Source: Vannella sp. (taxonomy: Eukaryota). Taken from it: a stretch of DNA of 37,504 nucleotides. This document shows positions 11,361 to 24,600 of the stretch, one piece after another (the first letter of the stretch is position 1; every line of letters begins with the position of its first letter). The position numbers and the translations under genes were made by a program. The DNA lies in NCBI GenBank assembly GCA_023345925.1, contig JAJQQN010001113.1, positions 1 to 37,504 of the forward strand, given 5' to 3'. Under the pieces are notes generated by a model that saw only the letters and a list, made by a program, of their open reading frames with translations, made no database searches and had not been told where the DNA came from.

Positions 11361-13085
11361 CTAATCGTTTTTAGATGCAGCATTAGGTTCTAGCAACACC
11401 TTCAATAAGAATTTACACCTTGAGTGCGTTGCTTTCTTAGAGGTCTTATCAAGTGGATCGTGTTGGACCCGCACAAGCCTTTTGAGGGCTTTTTGGAAAG
11501 CTAGCAACGTAGCAATCTGCTTATTCGGTAGCTGAATTACATTCCATATGTACAGCTTTTCTAATGCTCTGTGCAATTGAGTGTCTTGAAGAATTTCAAG
11601 ATGGTCACTTGATGCCTGGATGGCCTCCATTCTTTGTTTGGGAGATAGTTTTCGCTCTTGGGAAGTTCCTTCTAGGAGCAAATTAAGGATAAAATCAGCT
11701 GGAGCAAGAATTTGACATCGTTCTGAAGCGAACCACAATTTGATCGATTGCACTCGGCCAATGAAACAGGAAAGAGATGGTTGAAATATGCTGGCAATGA
11801 GAAAGAAATGACTACACGAGAGAGTCAATGAATTACTCTCCTCGCTGTTAGCCGAGTGCTTGAGTAGAAGTGATATTGAGATGATGATTTGACTTTCCAG
11901 GAGAGTATTTGCAATTTCAGAGTCTCGTTCACCGCTCTCTAACTTGACGAAGTAGCACAGAACTTTGATGACTTTTTCTAATGCTAAACTATTCATAGAC
12001 AACCAAGCGATCCTAGAACTTTCAGGAATATCCTTTTCCAACACGTTTTTGCTTAACATATCAAATCTTTCCTGTAGGAATGGCATCCTCGACTTCAGAA
12101 CTGAGCTCAGAGAGATTTTGAAGAAGGATGGCAAAGATGGCTTTCTCTCAGAGTTATCCAACTCCTCTGTAAACCGAGACAGCAAATCTACTTGCAACGC
12201 ACTCTTCAATCGGGAAGAGTTGGAAGAGGTAGATTCTCCTTCGAAGAGAAGACTTTCACTGAATGGAACGAGAAAGGTTACTGCTGATCCAGGGCGGGAA
12301 AGGAGAAATGCTTGTAATGAGGAGGTAATCTGTGCTAAGTAGAAAGTGGTGGCTGCAGCATCTTTGGAGCGCCCTGAGCAATCTAACCAATCAAATAGAA
12401 CTGGCATGGTCCGTAGAAATAGGCTCGTGATCTTATCTGTCTCCTCTGCTGCACCAATTACATCGGAAAGGGTGTCTGAACTCAATTGTCCTATCAAATG
12501 AGCTGCTTTCGTCATTGCAGATACGGACAGTTCGAGAGTATGCGTAAGCTCTGTCATACCAGAAGGAGACACGTTGGGTCGTGTGATCGAATAATCTTCC
12601 CAATCAGAGTCGCTACCAGACGCTTCTTCTTCTCTCACTCCAGCCTGATCTGGGGGCGGAGAAGTCGATGCGTCCTCCTCTTCCTCAGAGTGTGAGGGCG
12701 ATTGGCTGAAGGAGGCATGGTAGAGCTGTAGAAGTTGTCCAACTTCCCGCTCTTGGCGGTCTGCAATCAAACGGAAGAGGGGCAGGACGGTTCCTTCCAG
12801 AAGCACACGACGGGCGAGTTGTGAGAGGTCCTCACCAGAGCTTTCCTCTATGACATAGAGTAATCCTTCTATCATACGGAGTGTTGGAAGAAGGCTGGGA
12901 CCTGAGGTTGAGTTCGAGGATGTAACAACAGCCAGCATGGCCCTCAAGCCCGCTTCCTCCACCAAAGGAAAGTCCAATTGCAGCTCCTCATAAGTACCCA
13001 ACGCCAAATCGCCTTCTCCCCTGGCCTCCGCCACCAACAAGGCCTCCGCCAAGCGGTCCCCAAAGTCATCTGGAAGCCGCTGCAT
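11361..13085 (-). CDS. Uncharacterised ~575-aa mostly alpha-helical protein with an acidic low-complexity insert
   Basis: Long ORF (580 codons); first in-frame ATG at 13085 (MQRLPDDFGDRLAEALL). An extra 5' exon from ATG 13197 or 13269 via a GTATG..AG intron is possible. No family motif recognised. Confidence 0.7.
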   Translation of the reverse strand: MQRLPDDFGDRLAEALLVAEARGEGDLALGTYEELQLDFPLVEEAGLRAMLAVVTSSNSTSGPSLLPTLRMIEGLLYVIEESSGEDLSQLARRVLLEGTVLPLFRLIADRQEREVGQLLQLYHASFSQSPSHSEEEEDASTSPPPDQAGVREEEASGSDSDWEDYSITRPNVSPSGMTELTHTLELSVSAMTKAAHLIGQLSSDTLSDVIGAAEETDKITSLFLRTMPVLFDWLDCSGRSKDAAATTFYLAQITSSLQAFLLSRPGSAVTFLVPFSESLLFEGESTSSNSSRLKSALQVDLLSRFTEELDNSERKPSLPSFFKISLSSVLKSRMPFLQERFDMLSKNVLEKDIPESSRIAWLSMNSLALEKVIKVLCYFVKLESGERDSEIANTLLESQIIISISLLLKHSANSEESNSLTLSCSHFFLIASIFQPSLSCFIGRVQSIKLWFASERCQILAPADFILNLLLEGTSQERKLSPKQRMEAIQASSDHLEILQDTQLHRALEKLYIWNVIQLPNKQIATLLAFQKALKRLVRVQHDPLDKTSKKATHSRCKFLLKVLLEPNAASKND

Positions 13086-13195
13086 CGCTCCAGACTCCTC
13101 CAAAATGCCAAATTCTCTTCTCTTCAGAGGCTAGCTCATCAAGAAGGCCACCAATTACTTCATACTCGTCACGACCTTCCTTTTCGCTGGTGGTC

Positions 13196-16100
13196 ATGGG
13201 GGAGCCGCTCTCTGCCTGGTTGACCCGCTTTGAGAGCCTGGCGGGAACGAATGAGGGTTCCTTCTCCATTTGTGATGTGCGAGGCGATGCCTGGTGTGGG
13301 AATGGAGACGAGGAGAACTTGGCGGAGGAGGTGCGCGTGGTTTTCGAGCAGAGTCGCGCTAGTTTGGTGTTCTGCCTTTTGAATGGCACGCACGAGGAGA
13401 GGTGGAGCGGACAGGTCTTAGATCGAGTAAGTGGGACACGCGCAAATGGTCCCGCTACTCACTGAAGCAGATATCAGACTGGATGGAGCAACTACACTTT
13501 GCAATGCTCCTCATGCCCCTGACAGAAGCCAACTTCACCAGGCGAGGGGACGAAAAGGTCAAGATCATCTGTGATGAGGTCAGTCTGCCTGCTGTTGGGA
13601 GATGGAGCCTAACGGGAAGGCCAGATCTCCCAAGAAGTCCGCCGGGGCCGACAGGTGCTGGTTCTGTGCGATTTGAACGAATCACCATGTTCGATGCTGG
13701 TAGGATGTGCTTTGATTGCACTGGGCGTGGCTCCTTCGGCTCAGGAGTCGCTCCTTGCTCTTCAAGCGCACGCCAGGAAGAACCGCCCTTCGCCCATCCT
13801 GTTCCTTTCTGGAGCACAGAGCGATGACCCTGACCCATGGCTAGGAAGGATCAAATCGTTTGAAATCGACTATTACCGCCAGCTGGACTCGGCCGTGGTT
13901 GGGCAGGTTTTAGCGCGCATTCGGGAGGAGCGGCAAAGCGATGCGCAACGGGAGCGGCTCTTGATTGACTTGAAAGTAATCTCTTTGGTGAGTCGAGAAG
14001 AGGCCCAGCGGATGCTACTTCTTTCCGAAGCGCCTCTGTTTGCAACAATTGTTTATCGGGCAGACCGCGCTGCTCAAGTCCTCGCTCTATCCATCCTCAG
14101 CCGTCTGATTCAAAGAAGTGGGTCAGAGAAGCATAATGTGAGCTTGTCTAACCTCATTTGCGCAGGAGAAGCAGTCGAAGCCCTCCATTCTGGGCAATGT
14201 GTATTATCTCTCACAGCTCTTCTGGCCTCGTGCGCAGTTCCTTTCAGCCCTAGAGGAGACCAGAAGCAAAAAAGACAAGGAGATGAAGAGTTTGCCGAGA
14301 ACCTCTTATTTGTGCTGGCAAAAGTGGTGGAGCATTCTCGAAATGCCATTGATTTTGCCCGAGCAAACGGTGTATCCTCCCTCTTACTTGTTCTCGAAAA
14401 CTCTACGGACGAAAACGCATTGGTAGCTGCCGGCCGGGTCCTCCTTCAGGTCTCTGTGTGGGGCAGAGAAGTGCAAGCCCATCTCTCAATCTCTGAAATT
14501 GCGGACAGCCTCTTGGCTTTGATTTCGTGTGCCAGCCCTAAAGGATTGAAAGTGTTGTCACAAACGTGCGGAGCAATTCAGAACTTTTGCAAAGACGATG
14601 AACGTAATCGAAACACTTTTGTGGAGAAGAACGCTGCAGTTTTGCTTTCCGAAGCCATTTCCTCGCGCTTTTCGGATGAGCCGCTACGATTAATTTTTCT
14701 AAGGACGCTCAATGTGATTTGCAATCGTTCACCTGAAGTTCAAACATCGTATTGTGAGGCAGGAGTAATTGCTGTTTGCCTTATTGTCCTTCACGCAAGC
14801 GCCCCTGGCGGTCCAAATGCCACCCAGTCTCGTGAATACGCGTCGGATATTCTACAAAAGATCACTTGGAAGAACCGTAAGATCCTACTGTAAATCACTT
14901 GAGGGCAGGTACTAAAACACGTGAAAGGCGAGAACCAACGCCAGTTACTTGAAGGAGGAGGCGTTCCTGTCTTGGCTAATCTATTGCAAACGGTAAAAGG
15001 CCAAGAAACTGTAATAGGCAACACCCTCTCTTGTATATTTAATATGACCACGGATGGAAACAGTAAGACATCTCCTCTCTATCCTCGACACTAACATTCC
15101 CAAGGTCAAACTATTCAGGCTTTTCACCATCATGGACTATTGCAACTATTTAATCCCCGATTTTTGCAGTCATTAGCCTCATTCATGAAAGCTGATCTTA
15201 TTGGTACCGTCTACCTCATGAATGCAATGTCCATTATTGGCCATCTCGCAAATAGTGATTACCGTAAGTCACTTCCGCTACAATGCACATCTGCTCAAAC
15301 GAAAAAAGCGGAGGGTCAAAAGCAACTGAGAGAGTCTGCCGCGCTTGATACGATTGTTCAATTCCTGAAAGTGGAACAGCGATCAGTAATGCAACTTGCT
15401 GCCGCCCAAGTCATAACTTTAGCATGCACAAATAATGGAGCAAATGCAACGAGGGTGGTTTATCTATCTGGTCTCCAACTCCTCCTCCCACTCTTACAGT
15501 CAGAAGATGCTGCGGTCCTTCATCATGTTTTAGAGGCAATAGCTGCCATCCTCAATGAAGACCGAGCCGGTACGTGTCCTCCTCTCTCCTAATAACTGCT
15601 GATTTTGCTATCAGGGCATCTCGTTGAACAAGTTCTGCTTTCATCACCAGGCCTTATTGCAGCTCTGAGTTCTGGTGCCCGACATGTTCAAGTTCCTGCC
15701 GCAAGGTGTCTCACTCTACTCATCCAACAAAGTTTACAGCCACCCAAAGTTCAAATGAGCCTGATTGAGCAGGCAATTACTGGCCCACTAGTAGTCTGTC
15801 TTAATACCGACCAACGCCATTTAGTTTTGCAAAGTCTTTCCTTAGTTGAACGTCTTTCATCGGATAACCGCCAAGTCCAAGACGAATTGAGGAAAATCAT
15901 AACTCCTGCAGTAGTCCCGCACCTTTCAAACAAACAGTATAATTCCCTGCCCTTTGTGGCAGAGCAACCTCAATCTTGCCCCGAAATTCAAACAACAACT
16001 CTGCGAGCAATCATAAGCCTTTGTACGATTTCAGGTGAGCTTACCTTCTGTTAACAATTCTTCTGGGACTTACCTGCGGCTACCGTTGATGGAGAAGCAA

Positions 16101-16568
16101 AGATCTATAACCCTCTTTCAGTGGAGCAGCTCATCAAGAGCCTTGCTTTAGATCTCGTGCTACCTTTGGTTCGCCAGAAAGACGAACAGATCTTAGTCCT
16201 CGCACTTGAAGTCCTTTGGATTATTGCGCAATCGAACGGGAAAACCCGGAAAGCCATTGTCACAGCCGATCGAGACCAACACGTTTCTCTTTTTGCTCTT
16301 CTTCCCATCTTACTCTCGCATCATGAAGAAAGTGTTGCGCTCTTTGCGCTGCGTGTTATTTGCGCATTGGCAGAACCAAATAGTGAGTGATACGGATACG
16401 ATTGCTTGACTCGACTCATATTCTATTCCAGGAGAGTATCATCGGGCGTTTGTCCAAGGTTCTGTTGTCACCTGCATCACTCGAATGCCCGCCACTTCCA
16501 ATCAGTCCCTGATGATACAACTGCACGTGGCTCAAAAGATCTTTTTACAATCGCAAGTCCCAATTTGA
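13196..16568 (+). CDS. Multi-exon protein: N-terminal degenerate PTP/dual-specificity-phosphatase-like domain followed by armadillo repeats
   Basis: Introns 13427-13470, 13579-13624, 14877-14927, 15063-15104, 15264-15308, 15570-15614, 16035-~16097, 16383-16431 join the ORF fragments in frame to TGA 16566-16568. DSP-like ISQEVRRGRQVLVLCDLNESPCSMLVGCALIALG. ARM-like units, e.g. CGAIQNFCKDDERNRNTFVEKNAAVLL and ENQRQLLEGGGVPVLANLL. Confidence 0.75.
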
Positions 16569-16729
16569 GCCCTCAGAACACCTCTTCCACTCCTTCACTT
16601 TGGAATAAACGAGAACTGAGATGCAACGAATGCAGCTACTTCATGTACTGTGGGAGAACAATGAGTTTTATGATGATGTCACTCGTTCCTTTCCGCCTTT
16701 TGGATCATTCTTCCCAAGCGCGCACGTTC

Positions 16730-18541
16730 ATGTCCTGTTCTTACACGAGTCAGTTCTTAGTGAGGAATCAGACTGGCTCAACCCTTCGCACTGACATGAA
16801 TGGCAGTCAGAAGAAGGTTTGAACATTGCAGTGGCGAACAGCGCTGAAGACGTCAAGTTCTTCTCCGAAGAGATCGCTTTCTTCAAGAGTGTGCAGGGCT
16901 ACTTTGACGACTTCTCCAGCAAAGTCCAGAAACTCATCTCAAAGAACGAGTCCTCTCGTCTTCACTCGTACCCAAGCGGGTGAGCGGGACTGCTTGTCAA
17001 TACATCAGCTCTGACACTTGGTAGACCCACTCAGAAGGCCATGGCATCCCTGATTGACTCTCTACGAAAGACATCCATCGTTATAGGGAGATTTAGCTCA
17101 TGCGTTGCTGAAGGACACACCGAACTGTCCTCCGCTGCGAAGAACCGCTCCACTGATGCAAAGAAAGTAAGACCAACTCCCCTTTCACAAAAGTAAGACC
17201 TGATCTTCCTCTTAAGCTCCAAGCAGATGCAAGCAACGAGATCGCTTCCATCAAGGCCGCTCGAAGCGAGAAGGAGAAGAAGGAGAAGGACTACTTCGCC
17301 AAGGGCAAGTCCCTTGATGAAGCATTAGCGAGCCTTGTGAAGCTCAAGAACGCTGTCAAACAAAAGCCAAAGGACATTGCCAAGGCAGAGCAGAAAGTCG
17401 AAAAGTGTCGCGAGGCTTTCCTCCTTGCAGCGGGCGTGTACGACGAGCAGGTGCGCCAGAGTAACCTCAGTCTGTTTGATTCATTCAACGCTTCCATTCC
17501 TGGCACGCTGCAACGCTTTGAGGGCTACAAAGGGGAAGGCTTTGAGCAGAACCTCGTCGTCTTCAGGAGACTTCAGGAAGCCCTCAGCAAACTCCCTTCA
17601 GAGTTAGAAGAGATCGCTGTCGAGTTAGAGGGGATGGTAACCGGGGTGGACGTGCAAAAGAGCGTTGAAACGTTCATCGCTTCGTCCCCCTTCGTCTCCT
17701 CCCTGCCAGAGCCGCTTTCGTTTGTACCTTATCTCTCTGCTTCGTCTGACTTCCCTCCATTTACTCCCTCAGAAGTGCAACCCTTCGCCTTCTCCGAGTT
17801 CCTCACGTCCTCACAACCGGCCTCGCTGCCAACTGGTGAGGAAGCGGGTTCCTTTGTTACCGCAAAGCCAGAGAAGAGGAAACTGGTGAGTGTACTTTTC
17901 ATTGCTTGATGTGATAGCTCACGTGTGGCCTTCCAAAGACAATGAAACGGTTGAGCGTGAAGAACATTTCCGCATTCGGTTCTCGCCCTGCCTCTCAATC
18001 TAATAGACCACCAACAGTACAGGAGAAGGCAGCTTCACCAGAGATAGACCCTATTCCCAGCTCTGAAGGTGCACGAGACATGGAGAGTGTGCCTTCCTCA
18101 GCAGTGGAGGACAAGGAGGGTGTGACTCAGTCAATCTCTCCGCTCACTGCCACAGGGACCTCAACAAGGGCCATCAATCTAACCAAGGAGGAAGTGGTCT
18201 CCGTAAAGGGGGCTGATACAAGCCAACAGCCTGAGGAACAACCAGTTTCCTCGATCAACTTGAGCAAACCTCCGCAGGCCATCAGTCTCACGAAGGAGGT
18301 TCTCGAACAGGATAGAGACACGAATCAGCAACTTCTAGTTGATGTAGAGGAACGAGCGACTTCTTCAATCGATTTGAACAAAGCTGCAAAGGGCATCAAT
18401 CTTACAAAGGAAGAAGACCTCCCTGCCTCCCCCATTCCCGAGCCATCTCCCACACGAGAAGTGGCAGGGATCTTTCCCACTTCTGACGCCCCTCCGCCTT
18501 ACACCAAGGAGGACGTTCCCCCACCACCTTACGTGGCTTAG
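16730..18541 (+). CDS. F-BAR (FCH)-domain protein with disordered tail (exons 16730-16759, 16807-16979, 17025-17166, 17217-17885, 17939-18541)
   Basis: The spliced product MSCSYTSQFLSEEGLNIAV...EIAFFKSVQGYFDDFSSKVQKL...KAEQKVEKCREAF...YDEQVRQSN...IPGTLQRFE...VDVQKSVETFI follows the F-BAR helical pattern. All four introns are GT-AG and frame-consistent. The tail ends APPPY...PPPPYVA. Confidence 0.8.
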
Positions 18542-18696
18542 AACAGGATGAGGGAGTCGAGGATGATGAGGACGACCTGATCAATGAAAGTGGAACAACA
18601 TCATAATTGAATGAAATGCGATCGAATGAAACTTCAACTTCAGACTGGAGATCTCCATTTCTCAGTGACCCGTCGTCGGTCCCCTTCTGCCTTTCC

Positions 18697-21600
18697 ATGT
18701 CAGGCGATCTGGCAAGGGAGGCTCGGGGAAGGAAGAGGAGCGATCTGTTAGAGTCAGAGAATGCGGAGTTACAAAGATTGATTGCAGAAGAGAGGAGGCG
18801 GTCGAGCGATGCGCAAGAGCGGGATGCTGCTGTTATCAATCGTCTACAGAACAGCGAGATGCGCCTTTCTCGTCATCTTGTCGACCTCGAGGCCCAATTA
18901 CGAGAGGAAAGAGGTACGAACCTACTTGACAGTTAAGTGACTCTGCTGAATGAGAGCTAGACCTCGCCAACTGGCAGAAAGAGCAGCTACAGGTACTCAA
19001 GAAGTGCGAACTTACCTTGGACGATCTGCAAAGCCAACGAGCTGGTTTAGATCTCACCATGGAAGAGATGGGGGCCAGGCTGGAGGAGTACATCCTGCGC
19101 TACGAGAGCGACCAACGAAGGATCGCTCAATTGGAGCTTCAACTGACCTCCTCTTCAGTTTCAGATCCATTGACAGAGGCTGTTGTGTCAGAGGAACTTC
19201 TCTCCGTGGAGGAAGATACAACTGTGCTGCAGGAGAGCGAGTCATCAAGAGAGAGCGCCCAACAGCGCCAACAAACACAGGCTTTGCAGCAGGAGAAGGC
19301 TACCTTACTCGAGATATTGGAGGAAACTCGCGCCTCCCTTCGTCGCGCTGTTCAGCATTCAGAGCAACTTCAAGACTCCCTCCGAGACTCTTCAGGAAGA
19401 GTTGAACAGGGCCAGTACGTTCAAAGGTTGATGCAACAGGAGCTCCGAGATACTCAAAAGGAATTGAGAAGCTCCCACCAGTTCAACGCTACTTTACAAC
19501 GGGACATCGAGCAACGCTCTCGCGAGGCCAACCAGCTTCGAGCCTCGCTTGCTGCAGAGAAAGCCCTCAAAGAGGCTCAGTTACGAGACCTCCAGGCCTC
19601 TCAAAAGGCTCTCATAGACTCCCAAAGATCCCATTTACTTTCAAGCAATGCAATGACTTGTGAGATTCAGCAACTGACTCAGTCAGTCGAAGAGATGCGA
19701 GGTGAAGCACTCTGTTTCGCAGAGATTGCTCCTGGAAGTGACCAAAACATCTTATATTCTCCACTTCAACTTCGCATAAGTGAGCTCGAGAGGGAACTTA
19801 ATGCAGAGCGCCAAAGAACCCAATCAGTTCGTGAACTTTATGAGCATCATCAAAGTGTTGCCAAGGATCATGATGCGGTGATAGCCCAGCATTCAACCTA
19901 TTGCGCCGATTTACTGAATATTCAACAGCAGCTTGTTGAGGTCAACAGCTCCCTCACTCAACAAGTGAGTCTTCTGGAAGAAAAAATCGCTTCCCAAGAC
20001 CTGCATCAATCTAGTCATGCCGTTGATGGAAGTTTATTGCCTATTTCAGAGGGTAACGAACCTAAAGCTGAGTTTGAAGACCACTTAGAAATCAAAAGAC
20101 TACAGAAAGAGGTGGAATCTCTCAAACAACAAAACACTGCCATAAGGGAGCGATTAGAAGAGAACATCCTATCACTCAATCAGGAATATGAGTCCCACAT
20201 TCCTGTTTCAAATCCTCTCAACACCTCTCTCCTCTCTGAATTTCAGAATGAAAAAGAAAAGAACAAGATGGCGCTTCAAGTACTTGAAGAGATTCGTGGA
20301 GAACTTAAAACTGACCGTCTTTTCATCACAACTTTGCAGCGAGATATTGAGCAAAGATCACGAGAGACAAATCAACTTCGGGCTTCGGTTAGTGCGGAGA
20401 AAGCTCTTAGACTCGCCCAGGCTCAAGACTGTCAAGATTTACGCAAATCTTTGGCGGACACTCAACGATCTCACTTGCTGATGAGTAATTCTATGGCTCT
20501 AGAGATTCAGAAACTGGAACTCCAGGTGGCAACACTTTCTCTCGCCCAGCAATCAACAGAAGCTGAAGCCCAAATCCTGAGTGAACCCCAACAAGTAGCT
20601 GAGATTCCCAATCTCCAAACTGAAAATGAGTCACGACACAATGAGTTGCTTCTCTTGCAAATGAGAGATTCAAACGACTCACTCCTCCAGCGAGTGAGCC
20701 TTCTTGAAGAGAAAGTCTCTTCTACAGAGCAGGAGCTCTCCATCAAACAATCACTGATCTTGGAGTATCAAGAAGACGGCAGAAAGCTTCAGGCTGAGAT
20801 GGAGTTGTTAAGAGAGCAGGTTCGAAGTTGTTCTCTTCTTCCAGGTGATCTGGATAAGGGACGATCAGGACGCTCTCAGATCTCTTCACAAAAAACCGAA
20901 AATCTTGTTGAAAGACTTACGGAAGAAGTTAACTCGCTGAAGGGAGAAAAAGAAGCCATTCAGCAACGATTGAACGAAAGCCTTCTATCTCTTGACAAAG
21001 CAGTTTCGTCCTCTTCAAAAGAACTTGAAAGACTGATCCAGGAATCTTCCACCAGGGAAATGCTTCTCCAAGAAGAACAGCAAAGGCACATTTCGACACA
21101 ACAAGAGCTGCACAATGTTAAAAAAGAGATCAGAAGCGCCCAGCAGTTCAATGCGACTCTTCAGCGAGATATTGAGCTTCGATCTCGAGAGGCCAATCAG
21201 CTTCGATCCTCTGTTGCTGCAGAGAAAGCTCTTAATGAGTTGCAGATGAAGGATTGTCAGAATTTGCGCAAATCTCTTGCAAATGAGCAGAGATCTCACG
21301 TGCAAACTAGCAACTCCATGGCACAAGAGATCCAACAGCTTCAGGAAGCCCTCTCGCAGACCAAAACTTCCCCGTTGGAAGATGACAGCCGTTTCAAAGA
21401 TCTCCAACAGCGGCTCTTTGAATATGAGAGAGAGCTTGTTTCGGATCGTTCGCAGAACCGAGAATCACCACTGCTTAATGAGCAGAAAGCCGTCCAGGAT
21501 CAAGATAGTCGTTCTAATCATCCTGCCTCCCAGGAAGGAGGCGATGGTTTCTTTGCTCGAATCCAGGAAGAATTGGCAGTTTTGAAGAGGGAAAAACAAG

Positions 21601-24600
21601 CTATTCAGGACCAATTGGAGGAGAGCATCATTTCTTCCGATAGGGCAGTTTCCTCTGTCTCTGAACAACTTGCTCGGGCAAAAGAGAACTTTGTCCGAAC
21701 AGAAGCGGCTCTACTTGAACAGATAGAGAGTGATCAGCGAAAGCACGTGGTAGTACAGCAAGAATTGACAGTTTTAAAGAGGGAAAAGCAAGCTATTCAG
21801 GAGCAATTGGAGGAGAGCATCATCTCTCTCGATAATGCAGTTTCTTCTTCCTCTAAACGACTCGCTGGAGCTATAGAAGACTTCGCCCGAAGAGAAGCAG
21901 CTCTACTTGAACAGATAGGGAGTGACCAGCGAAAGCATGTGGTAGTACAGCAAGAGCATCGCAATACTTTGAGAGAGCTCAAGAACCTCCAAGAATTTAA
22001 TGCAACGTTACAGAGAGATATAGAACAGCGCTCTCGAGAGAGCAATCAGTTACGCGCCTCTATCACTGCCGAGAAGGCTTTGCGGGAGACTCAAAAAATG
22101 GAATATCAAGCCGAGTTAAAGACTCTTGCTGATGCACAAAGTATTCCTGTACCTTCTGTCTTGAAAGGGGCTTCCCGTGAGGTAGCGCTTAATATTGATG
22201 AAAAAGCAGTGAGCGAGCAGAATATTCAGGAGAACGTCGCTCAAAATGTATCTCTATCTCAGTTTAGCGAACTTGTTAATCTTCAGCAAGAACAAGTTAA
22301 TCTCAATAGCTTACTTGTTCAACAAATCGGCCTTCTGGAAGAAAAGATTGTCTCTGCAGAGCGCCAAATTGGGGTCGAGCAATCTTTGGCTTCTGAGTAT
22401 CAAAACGCTCTTCAAGCCTCAAATAGGACCTGCAAAGACCTAATGTCTGAGGTTCAATCACTGAAAGAGCAGTTGCAGTATCGCGACCAGTATTATCACA
22501 CCGAAAGTTTGAGGAATAAGCCAGAAATTGCTGTTCCGTTAGGAGATACTGAAAAGCAACGGTTGCAAGACCAACTGGAAGCTGCACATCTCCTCATTAG
22601 AAACACATCCGAATCAAGAGATCTTGCATGCAGACAGAATGAAGAAGAAGTTAAACGGCGAACAGAATCAGATAGCAAACTTGCTGCGATTTTGGAGGAA
22701 CTTCAATTGCTACGGACAGAAAACTCTTCTCTGCACACAACAAAAGCAAGAGCCACTCGAGATGTTGAACAAATGAAGTTGGATCTCATTTCAGAGCGCT
22801 CTCAGAAGGAAAGCCAACTGCACGAAATCGCAGCAATGAGAAGATCTCTGGCAGCCGCCCAGCGATCCAGCTTGGTGACAAGCAATGCAATGGCCGGAGA
22901 AATAGCTCAACTGAATGCGGCGTTGGAAGCATCACAGCGCTCACAATCTCTGCTACCAGACGATCCAGTGCAACTCCCTTTGAGGAACAATACTTCATTG
23001 CTACTATTGCCTGAGAATAATCAAACCCCCGATTTAGAATCTCTGCTTAAGGTGCAGGAAGAGTTTGGAGATCTCCAACAAGCCCACAAAACATTACTTG
23101 AGCTTCAGCAAGACTTATCAGACGTAAATGCTTCTCTACTACAGAAATCTGGGTTGCAAGAAGATGCTGTTCAATCTGCAAACTCTCAGATCTCCTCTTT
23201 GCGGTCAGTCCTCGAGCAACAAATTAGAGCCAATGATGCCTTGCAGAAGGAAAAGGAACATTTACTTGAGCAATGGAAGATCTCGGAAGAACTGATTCAA
23301 GTACAGGCTTCTCAAGTGGAGCTACTTAGAGCGTCGGTGGATCTTGAGGCAGAGACAGCTCATTCTTCAGTTCTGGAACATGAAGAGACGTTGTCCTTTG
23401 AAGAGGCAATTCAATTTGGTAAGAATGAGCTCGCAAGAGAAGTTGAAAGGAGGAATCATCTGGAGGATCAGTACGATGATTTATCAAAGGAGTGGAAGGA
23501 CGTTTGTAAGAAAAACATAGCACATGAAAGAGAAGCAGGTTTACGTCTTCAACAGTTGGAGCAACTTAAGATTGCTCTCACTGCTGAGCGCACTCAAAAA
23601 GACTCTTTGAGTAGAGATATTACTGCCCTGAGGAAGTCTTTGGCTTCTGCACAACGGACGAGCTTGATAACAAGTAACAATATGGCTCTAGAGATTCAAC
23701 AGCTCACCGCAGCATTAGCTGAAAGAGGTTCTTTGGTCCAGCAAAGATCTTCTCAAGCTTTTGTTGAACACGAAGGATTAGCTCGGCTCACACAGCTCCA
23801 GGAAGAGTTAGAGGAAGAAAGGAGACAGACACGACAATTACACCTCCGTATCGAGTCCCTACAAGAGCAGGAACAACAAGAATCTGAACTTCAGAAAGAA
23901 AACGATCAATTGCGAGAGGCCAATCAATCTTTGATTGAGCTCCAACAACAGCAGCTTGACCTCAGTGAAAATCTTGTTCAGCAAGCTACATCCCTTGAAC
24001 AACAACTCGTCACTTCACATCAACAGATTGAGCTCCTTGAATTCAGATCCTCTCAAGAACAAGGTGCTTTGTCGGTAGCACAAGAGCGCAACACTCTCCT
24101 TCAACAGCAGTTCTTAGGCATTGAAGAGAGATGTTCCAATTTAATTCAATCTCATTCAAAAGAAACAGAAGCTCTTCAAACTCGCTTCCAACAATCACTT
24201 GAGAAGCAACAGAGAGAGTTACGTACTTCTTATGAGCAGTTGCATGATGAAAGGGGTAAGAATCAGCAACTGCTTGACCGACTTCAAATGCTCGAAGTCC
24301 GACTTCAACAGAAAGATGAAGCATTAAAGGCTCAAGAACTTCGTTGGTCTGAGAACCAGAGGTACTTGAAACAACTTGAGATGAATTTAATGGATGCAGA
24401 GCGTGAGAAGGAACTACACTTACGACAGCTCGCTTTGATTGAAGAGGCTCACTTGTCTGCTAACAAGCAAGTCTTAGATCATCACCTCTTTGAAATAGCC
24501 TCCATCCGAGCAGAACTCTCTCCTAATATCGCTAAATTTACTGAGATGGAGCCAGCTTTGTCTGCTGAAACTGATAACTTGCAATTAGCTCAAGAAGAGG

